From Eledone cirrhosa (lineage: Eukaryota): a stretch of 64,000 bases of DNA. The stretch is taken from assembly GCA_964016885.1 (NCBI GenBank), contig CAXHJY010000112.1:42420-106419 (forward strand), read 5' to 3'. A model generated the notes under the pieces. That model made no database searches and was not told the DNA's origin. It saw only the letters and a list, made by a program, of their open reading frames with translations. Of the stretch, positions 52,761 through 64,000 are shown piece after piece. The number at the start of each line of letters is the position of its first letter. Within the stretch, counting starts at the first letter, position 1. A program made the position numbers and the translations under genes.

Positions 52761-52792
<32 letters not shown>

Positions 52793-53310
52793 ATACATAT
52801 ACATATATATATACATATACATATATATATACATACACATATATATATACATACATATATATATACATACATATACATACATATATATATACATACATAT
52901 ACATACATATATATATACATAAATATATATATACATACATATACATACATATATATATACATACATATATATATACATACATATATACATACATATATAT
53001 ATACATACATATATATATACATACATATATATATACATACATATATATATACATACATATATATATACATACATATATATATATATACATATATATATAC
53101 ATACATATATATATACATACATACATATATATATACATATATATACATATATACATATATATACATATATACATATATACATACATACATATATATATAC
53201 ATACATACATATACATATATATATACACATACATATATACATACATATATATACATATATACATACATATATATACATATATACATACATATATATACAT
53301 ATATATATAC

Positions 53311-53920
53311 ATGGTGGCTGCCAACTCGTTTTCGAGTACGGCCACTACTTTATAACCATGTAGGAGAACCCCTACCGATACGCTGAACGAGTGTGACTTT
53401 TTAGTCCAGCCAGCAACTTGAAAACTCTGGTACAAACACTACACTTGTGACAATTATTGACACACAGTGCTGGGCCCATGGTACCATGTAATGACAAGTG
53501 CAGAGAGATCTCCAGATACAAAGCAATGCCTGTGCCGTGAAGCTTTTATAGTGAGCAAAGGCACTGCACAAAGCCAGTCCCACTCTCTTAACCAAGATGA
53601 TATTTACCAAAAAGAAGAACAAGTCAACATCATTGGATACCATCAGGGTTGCAGGTGTTATATCAGAGTTTTCCTTCTCCTAGAATTCTGCCTTGACAAA
53701 GGCTAAGGGGTCATCTCTCCCGGTGATTTTGGATGGCCATTGACTCTTAAGAGCTCCTTTGCCCTTTGACAGGTTTTGTTTTTAGTCCTGCAGGATGTCC
53801 AAAGTCACCCTCCTCACCAAGAAACCTTAGTGGGGTTGCCAGTTTAGTCGCCAACGACCCGGCCATGAGACAGGTTGTACTGGGATACATGTTACCAGTA
53901 GCACCAAGTGGTGACCTGAC
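53311..53920 (-). mobile_element. ~610-bp non-coding, probably RTE-derived non-autonomous element, copy 1
   Basis: Second copy at 58258-58837. The minus strand has ttagcctttgtcaaggcag...ctaggagaaggaaaactctga, which resembles, from memory, the conserved RTE 5' UTR motif. Embedded in (TA)n. Confidence 0.7.
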
Positions 53921-53932
53921 ATATATATATAC

Positions 53933-53963
<31 letters not shown>

Positions 53964-54458
53964 CATACATATATATATACATACATATATATATACATAC
54001 ATATATATATACATACATATATACATACATATATATATACATACATATATATACATATATATATACATACATATATATACATATATATATACATACATAT
54101 ATATACATATATATATACATACATATATACATACATATATATATACATACATATATACATACATATATATACATATATATATACATACATATATACATAC
54201 ATATATACATATATATATACATACATATATACATACATATATATACATATATATATACATACATATATATATACATACATATATACATACATATATATAC
54301 ATATATATATACATACATATATATATACATACATATATACATACATATATATACATATATATATACATACATATATATACATATACATATATACATATAT
54401 ATATACATACATATATATACATATATATATACATACATATATATACATATATATATAC

Positions 54459-54501
<43 letters not shown>

Positions 54502-54517
54502 CATACATACATATATC

Positions 54518-55353
54518 CACTTTGGAAAAGAGGATGCTCTGAAACTCCCGTACTCCCTTCCCTCCGGGGAAACTCTCGTGGCATCTAACAACATCAGAGA
54601 CTTGGGAGTAACCGTGGACAGCAACATAAGCTGGACCACGCATATAAGCAGCAAAGTTGACATGGCCCGCAGAATGTGTTCCTGGATCCTCAGAACCTTC
54701 CAGTCGAGAGATTCCCGCACCATTATCCTTCTCTTCTCTACTTTCGCCCGACCACACCTTGAATACTGTTGTCCACTGTGGTCTCCCCACACGAAACAAA
54801 GTATCATGAAACTTGAAGCTCCTCAAAGGGCAATCACGAAAAAGATAGATGGCATGTCAGACCTTGACTACTGGGGTCGATTGGAAAACCTGAAACTTTA
54901 CTCACTCCAACGTCGCCGTGAGCGTTATATTATCTGCATGATGTGGAAAATGTTCCATCATCACTGCCCAAATGATGTTGGCATCGCCTTCAAGATACAC
55001 CCAAGGCTTGGGCCCCGTGCTATCCGTCCCATTCAAAAATCTAAATCGCAACTCATAACAACAATACGGCACAATTATTTCACCTCAATCGGCCCTGCTC
55101 TCTTCAACATCACACCAGGACACGTCAAAACAGAAACTGACCACACAAAATTCAAGAAGTCTTTGGACAAATTCCTCCAAGTAATCCCGGACAAACCACC
55201 CACACCCGGATATGTCTCCGCAAACAGTAATTCTCTTCTCGAATGGGCCATGGTGCCCAAATCCTGAATTGAAAGACTTCGCCAGGTGGTGCTATTAAGT
55301 TAGACATGGCCTGGGCCAATACTGGCCAAAACATTTCAAAGTTATTCAAAGTT
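54518..55353 (+). mobile_element. 5'-truncated CR1/L2-type LINE: open ORF2 C-terminus (54518-55267), 3' UTR and (TTCAAAGTTA)2 tail
   Basis: [17 protein letters not shown]...[13 protein letters not shown]...LE..QR..TK...Y..RL..L.LYSL.RRR is a typical CR1-group C-terminus. Confidence 0.9.
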
Positions 55354-55360
55354 ATATACA

Positions 55361-55412
<52 letters not shown>

Positions 55413-55440
55413 CATATATATATACATACATATATATACA

Positions 55441-55534
<94 letters not shown>

Positions 55535-55701
55535 CATATATATATACATATATATATACATACATATATATATATACATACATATATATATATACATACA
55601 TATATATATATACATACATATTTACATACATATGTACATACATATATACATATATATATACATACATATATACATACATATATACATACATATATACATA
55701 C

Positions 55702-57072
55702 ATAACAATGGGCTCTAACGATTCGGCGGAAATAACTGATATTGTGGGGTTATTTATCGCCTTTAGACTCCAGGAAAAATTCAGCAATCTCCACGGCGGA
55801 ATATACCGCGACGATGTTCTCCTCCTAGCTAAAAACCTTAATAACCAAAAACTAGAAAAACTACGCAAAGATATAAGAAAACTACTACTCGAAATAGGAC
55901 TAACTATAACATATGAATACAACCTTAAAGTAGTTAACTTCCTGGATGTCACACTCAATTTAAACTCTGGTTTGATTAAACCGTTTCATAAATTGAATGA
56001 AAATCTCAAATACGTAAATGTTGGGTCTAACCACCCCATCTCTATAATTAAATCTATCCCTAAAAATATTTCCCTTAGAATCTCGGGTCTATCTTCTAAC
56101 ATACAAGTATTTAAGGAACACGCCGAGTACTACGATAACGCCCTTAGTAAAGCAGGCTACCTCAACAAAATAGAGTACATAGATGGGAACAATCAAAACA
56201 CCCAAAATAAATCCCACATAGGTAGATATAATAACACAACACCAAACCACACTTACTACCATAGTATGCACACCAGTAAACCAACAAACAAAACTAATAG
56301 AAAGCGATGCAAAGAGTACTTATGGTATAACCCCGAATACAATAGCTCCATTAGTACAAATTTACCAGTACTCTTCTTTAAAATAATTAAAAGACATTTT
56401 CCCACATCACACAAATACCACAAAATCCTAAACCCTACCACTATAAGACTGTCATACTCTACAGCGTTAAACCTTGAACAACACATAAAAAAGATCAATA
56501 CTAGAAGGTTAAACGAAAACACTAAGAACTTAAGTACAAAGAACCCCAAAAAAACAGTAGACAATACACTACAGAACATAAATAAACCACACCTAAGTTC
56601 GTCCGCAATACTACTCCAGAGAAAACCCAACGTACACAACTGTAACTGCACCTATCCTGACAACTGCCCCCTCGGCAATAACTGCCTGGAAAAAAATATT
56701 ATTTATAAGTGTACCATTAAATCCGGAGGCAACGAGTGGTATTACGTGGGATCAACGGCAACATCGTTTAAATCTCGATTGTATAGGCATTCTTACTCAA
56801 TAAAACACCAGAGCCAAAGAAATGTAACAACTTTAGCAGAGAAAGCTTGGACGCTCAGGGATAGCAATCAAAAGTTTACCCTAAAATGGGAAAAATTAGC
56901 TAAAACCCAAAGCTTTTCCAGGAGCCAAAATTTCTGCAAATTGTGTAATCTTGAGATTTATTACATAATCACACACAAGAAGAAACTGCTGAATAACAGA
57001 ATTGAACGAACATTATTCTGCCGTCACAGAACTAAAACCCTTTTTTCCCACTACAAGCCGAATATTACATAA
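55702..57072 (+). CDS. Naiad-like Penelope-like element ORF, 5'-truncated: RT C-terminal half plus GIY-YIG endonuclease
   Basis: [39 protein letters not shown]....CPL...C, IIY...YVG, FK.R...H, C.LC..E and LLN...CRH. Open to stop at 57072. Confidence 0.9.
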   Translation: MTMGSNDSAEITDIVGLFIAFRLQEKFSNLHGGIYRDDVLLLAKNLNNQKLEKLRKDIRKLLLEIGLTITYEYNLKVVNFLDVTLNLNSGLIKPFHKLNENLKYVNVGSNHPISIIKSIPKNISLRISGLSSNIQVFKEHAEYYDNALSKAGYLNKIEYIDGNNQNTQNKSHIGRYNNTTPNHTYYHSMHTSKPTNKTNRKRCKEYLWYNPEYNSSISTNLPVLFFKIIKRHFPTSHKYHKILNPTTIRLSYSTALNLEQHIKKINTRRLNENTKNLSTKNPKKTVDNTLQNINKPHLSSSAILLQRKPNVHNCNCTYPDNCPLGNNCLEKNIIYKCTIKSGGNEWYYVGSTATSFKSRLYRHSYSIKHQSQRNVTTLAEKAWTLRDSNQKFTLKWEKLAKTQSFSRSQNFCKLCNLEIYYIITHKKKLLNNRIERTLFCRHRTKTLFSHYKPNIT

Positions 57073-57184
57073 AAGAGGGACATCCCCCAACTATATAAAC
57101 CTTAATCTAGTTAGAAAAATATAAAAACAATCTCTTTTCAACATATATTAATAACCTTAAATTACCATACTAATAATGAAAAGA

Positions 57185-57242
57185 TATGCTGATGAGAATA
57201 GGTACAAATATGCGATAATGAATGTGTCTAAAAACGTCCATA
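57185..57242 (+). ncRNA. Hammerhead-like motif in PLE 3' UTR with G12->A (likely inactive)
   Basis: tatg CTGATGA gaa taggtac...gtgtcta AAAA cg TC cata. Confidence 0.5.
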
Positions 57243-57341
57243 AGTATGTATATATATGTGAAAATGTATATAAATAAGTAAATATATATATATGTTTGAT
57301 GTGTATAGTTAGATGTAAGTGTATTCATGTATTAAAGTGCT

Positions 57342-57438
<97 letters not shown>

Positions 57439-58028
57439 GTATATGTATATATGTATATATATATGTGTATGTATGTATGTGTATATGGATGTGTATGTAT
57501 GTGTATGTGTGTACACATGGACTAGAGTATGTATGTATATATGTGTGTGTCTATACGTGTGTATATATAAAGATAAGTTGAGTATGAAAATGTATACACA
57601 TGAGCGCGTATGTATGTACATGAATACATGTGTGTATATATATGTGTATGCATGTGTATATATATGTAAGTATGAATATGTGAATTGTGAGTATATGTAT
57701 TTTGTAGAGGTGTGCAAATATATTTGTGTGTGAATGCGTGGGTGAAAGAATACGTACACTTGAAAGAAAAATTTAAGTCTGAATGTTAAGTGCAAACACA
57801 AAACCAACCAAGCATATCTTTACTATCTCTAATCCTTCTATAGATTTAGAAAAATAACCAATAATATATTCTATAAAAAATGTCAAAACAACAGATGGGA
57901 ATCTAATTAATCACTGCCACCAAGAATTCTCACTGCTATCGAAAAACCACTCCTTCAACTATTCTTCTAACAACTTCACCCCTTCCTCCTAATATTCTCT
58001 ATAAAAACTAAATAGGTCCTCAGTAATA

Positions 58029-58145
58029 TTATTCTGATGAAATGACAGTAAACAATAACATTGAAATATTGAATGTCTGCATAACTAAAAGTTTGTAGAT
58101 AGCTGTTTTAGGTTATGTAACTGTTATAGAAACACGTGTCAATAA
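58029..58145 (+). ncRNA. Type I hammerhead with very long stem II insertion
   Basis: ttatt CTGATGA a atgacagt...(~70 nt)...actgttat a GAAA cacgtg TC aataa. Stem III is palindromic. Confidence 0.8.
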
Positions 58146-58257
58146 ATTCCTTTCAACTAAACTGTATCCATTCAAATCTTTCTATATACATACATATATA
58201 CATACATATATACATACATATATACATACATATATACATACATATATACATACATAT

Positions 58258-58837
58258 ATGGTGGCTGCCAACTCGTTTTCGAGTACGGTAACTACTTTAT
58301 ACCCATGTAGGAGAACCCCTACCGATGCGCTGAACGAGTGTGACTTTTTAGTCCAGCCAGCGACTTGAAAACTCTGGCACAAACACTACACTTGTGACCA
58401 TTATTGACACACAGTGCTTTACCTTTGGTACCATGTGATGACAAGTGCAGAGCGATCTCCAGATACAAAGCAATGCCTGTGCCGTGAAGCTTTTATAGTG
58501 AGCAAAGGCACTGCACAAAGCCAGTCCCACTCTCTTAACCAAGATGATATTTACCAAAAAGAAGAACAAGTCAACATCAGGGTTGCAGGTGTTATATCAG
58601 GTCACCAATTGGTGCTAATGGTAACATGTACAACCTGTCTCATGGTCGGGTTGTTGGTGACTGAACTGGCAACCCCACCAAGGTTTCTTGGTGACAAGGG
58701 TGACTTTAGAGATCCTGCAGGACTAAAAACAAAACCTGTCAAAGGGCAAAGGAGTTCTTAAGAGTCAATGGCCATCCAAAATCACCGGGAGAGATGACCC
58801 CTTAGCCTTTGTCAAGGCAGAATTCTAGAAGGAAAAC
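58258..58837 (-). mobile_element. Copy 2 of the ~610-bp element, with its 5' ~240 bp inverted (58597-58837)
   Basis: 58258-58600 is collinear with 53311-53666. 58597-58837 is the reverse complement of 53668-53919. Confidence 0.85.
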
Positions 58838-58957
58838 ATACATACATACATATATATATATACGTACATATATATATACATAGATACATATATACATAGA
58901 TATATACATAGATATATATATATATACATAGATATACATAGATATATATATACATAG

Positions 58958-58988
<31 letters not shown>

Positions 58989-59347
58989 CATAGATATATA
59001 TATACATAGATATATACATATACATATATATATACATATACATAGATATATATATACATAGATATATACATATACATATATATATACATATACATAGATA
59101 TATATATACATAGATATATACATATACATATATATATACATATACATAGATATATATATACATAGATATATACATATACATATATATATATATATATATA
59201 CATATACACATATACATATATATATACATATATACATATACATATACACATATATACATATACACATATACACATATACATATACATATATACATATACA
59301 TATATATATATATATACACATATACACATATACATATACATATATAC

Positions 59348-59379
<32 letters not shown>

Positions 59380-59381
59380 AC

Positions 59382-59427
<46 letters not shown>

Positions 59428-59587
59428 ATATACATATACATATATATATACATATACATATATACATATATATATATACATACATATATACATATATATA
59501 TATACATATATATATACATATACATATATATATACATATACATATACATATATATATACATATATATATATATACATATATATATAC

Positions 59588-59622
<35 letters not shown>

Positions 59623-59670
59623 ATATACATATACATATATATATATATATACATATATATATACATATAC

Positions 59671-59712
<42 letters not shown>

Positions 59713-60409
59713 TACATATACATATACATATATATACATATACATATATATACATATATATACATATATATATATATACATATACATATATATATATATA
59801 CATATATATATACATATACATATATATATATAACATATACATATATATATACATATATATATACATATACATATATATACATATACATATACATATATAT
59901 ATATATATACATATATATATACATATACATATATATATACATATACATATATATATACATATATATACATATATATATACATATACATATATATATATAT
60001 ACATATACATATATATATACATATATATACATATGCATATATATATACATATACATATACATATATATATACATATATATACACATATATATATACATAT
60101 ACATATATATATAATATATATATACATATATATACATATACATATATATATACATATATATACATATACATATATATATACATATACATATATATATACA
60201 TATATATATACATATATATATACATATACATATATATATACATATATATATACATATACACATATATATATATATATACATATTATATACATATATATAT
60301 ACATATATATATACATATATATATACATATATATATACATATACATATATATATACATACATATATACATATACATATATATATATACATATGTATATAT
60401 ATATATGTA

Positions 60410-60519
<110 letters not shown>

Positions 60520-60524
60520 TATAC

Positions 60525-60565
<41 letters not shown>

Positions 60566-60568
60566 TAC

Positions 60569-60603
<35 letters not shown>

Positions 60604-60677
60604 CATATATATATACATATATATATATACATATATATATATATACATACATATATATATACATATGTATATTATAC

Positions 60678-60812
<135 letters not shown>

Positions 60813-60855
60813 CATATATATATACATATATATATATATATACATATATATATAC

Positions 60856-60890
<35 letters not shown>

Positions 60891-60946
60891 CATATATATA
60901 TACATATATATATATATAACATATATATATATACATATATATATAC

Positions 60947-61015
<69 letters not shown>

Positions 61016-61028
61016 CATATATATATAC

Positions 61029-61077
<49 letters not shown>

Positions 61078-61234
61078 CATATATATATACATATATATAT
61101 ACATATATATATATATATACATATATATATACATATATATATATATATACATATATATATACACATACATATATATATATATATACATATATATATACAC
61201 ATACATATATATATACACATACATATATATATAC

Positions 61235-61383
<149 letters not shown>

Positions 61384-61412
61384 CATATATATAATATATA
61401 CATATATATACA

Positions 61413-61450
<38 letters not shown>

Positions 61451-61482
61451 CATATTACATATATATATATACATATATATAC

Positions 61483-61513
<31 letters not shown>

Positions 61514-61552
61514 CATATATATATATACATATATATATATACATATATATAC

Positions 61553-61601
<49 letters not shown>

Positions 61602-61612
61602 CATATATATAC

Positions 61613-61696
<84 letters not shown>

Positions 61697-61697
61697 G

Positions 61698-61745
<48 letters not shown>

Positions 61746-61815
61746 CATATATACATATATATATATACATATATATATATACATATATATATATATAATA
61801 CATATATATATATAC

Positions 61816-61880
<65 letters not shown>

Positions 61881-61959
61881 CATATATATATATACATATA
61901 CATATATATATATATACATACATATATATATATACATATATATATATACATATATATAC

Positions 61960-61991
<32 letters not shown>

Positions 61992-61993
61992 AC

Positions 61994-62080
<87 letters not shown>

Positions 62081-62135
62081 CACATATATATATATATACA
62101 CATATATATATATATACACATATATATACATATAC

Positions 62136-62202
<67 letters not shown>

Positions 62203-62223
62203 CATATATATATACATATACAA

Positions 62224-62274
<51 letters not shown>

Positions 62275-62277
62275 CAA

Positions 62278-62310
<33 letters not shown>

Positions 62311-62313
62311 CAA

Positions 62314-62380
<67 letters not shown>

Positions 62381-62383
62381 CAA

Positions 62384-62414
<31 letters not shown>

Positions 62415-62496
62415 CATATATATATACATATATATATATATATACATATATATATACATATATATATACATATACATATATATATACATATACATA

Positions 62497-62568
<72 letters not shown>

Positions 62569-62605
62569 CATATATATATACATATACATATATATATACA
62601 TATAC

Positions 62606-62661
<56 letters not shown>

Positions 62662-62676
62662 TACATATATATATAC

Positions 62677-62781
<105 letters not shown>

Positions 62782-62796
62782 CATATATATATATAC

Positions 62797-62831
<35 letters not shown>

Positions 62832-62902
62832 CATATATATATACATATATATATACATATATATATATACATACATATATATATATACATATATATATAT
62901 AC

Positions 62903-62951
<49 letters not shown>

Positions 62952-62968
62952 TATATACATATATATAC

Positions 62969-62999
<31 letters not shown>

Positions 63000-63056
63000 C
63001 ATATATATATACATATATATATACATATATATATATATATACATAAACATATATAC

Positions 63057-63087
<31 letters not shown>

Positions 63088-63149
63088 CATATATATATAC
63101 ATATATATATACATATATATATATATATAATATACATAATATATAATAC

Positions 63150-63180
<31 letters not shown>

Positions 63181-63294
63181 CATATATATATACATATATA
63201 TATACATATATATATATACATATATATATACATATATATATATACATATATATATACATATATATACATATATATATATACATATATATATACA

Positions 63295-63338
<44 letters not shown>

Positions 63339-63360
63339 ATATACATTATACTATATATAC

Positions 63361-63408
<48 letters not shown>

Positions 63409-63427
63409 TATACATATATATATATAC

Positions 63428-63462
<35 letters not shown>

Positions 63463-63463
63463 C

Positions 63464-63494
<31 letters not shown>

Positions 63495-63507
63495 CATATA
63501 TATATAC

Positions 63508-63546
<39 letters not shown>

Positions 63547-63614
63547 CATATATATATACATATATATACATATATATATACATATATATATAATATATAC
63601 ATATATATATAATA

Positions 63615-63645
<31 letters not shown>

Positions 63646-63658
63646 CATATATATATAC

Positions 63659-63742
<84 letters not shown>

Positions 63743-63764
63743 ACATATATATATACATATACAT

Positions 63765-63828
<64 letters not shown>

Positions 63829-63836
63829 ATATATAC

Positions 63837-63884
<48 letters not shown>

Positions 63885-64000
63885 ACATATACATATATAT
63901 ATATATACATATACATATATATATACTTATACATATATATATATATACATATACATATATATATACATATACATATATATTAATATAATATACATATACA

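Noticed and set aside
53770-53920. Assignment of the structured 5' end to HDV-like, twister or pistol ribozyme
   Set aside because: I could not place the required conserved nucleotides and pseudoknots by eye, so it is left unclassified.
57189-57235. SECIS element downstream of the Naiad-like ORF
   Set aside because: ATGA..AAA is present but there is no matching 3' GA quartet, and the ORF has no in-frame TGA. It fits a mutated hammerhead better.

Overview
AT-rich, repeat-dense eukaryotic DNA, most likely intergenic or intronic sequence from a cephalopod (Octopus-like). The taxon is inferred from the SINE/RTE repertoire and the very long (TA)n tracts, not proven. I cannot support any host protein-coding exon. 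From 1 to 41 kb the window is a mosaic of tRNA-derived SINEs, TTAA/CCC piggyBac-type MITEs, 5'-truncated RTE LINEs, decayed CRE- and R4/Dong-like LINE fragments, a probable solo LTR, satellites, and Penelope-like element (PLE) 3' UTRs carrying minimal type I hammerhead ribozymes. From 41 to 64 kb it is essentially one large (TA)nCA microsatellite array of uniform polarity, with eight retroelement insertions: RTE x2, PLE x3, a CR1/L2-type LINE, and two copies of a non-coding, probably RTE-derived element. The most interesting signals are: (1) four different element families show twin-priming-type 5' inversions next to (TA)n, and there are fold-back palindromes centred on (TA)n; (2) a hammerhead family with a conserved non-canonical CCGANGA core and covarying stems; (3) an RTE 5' junction built by serial microhomology-mediated template switches; (4) a ~610-bp structured non-autonomous element with a fixed 5' end. 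All comparisons were made by eye and coordinates may be off by a few bases.
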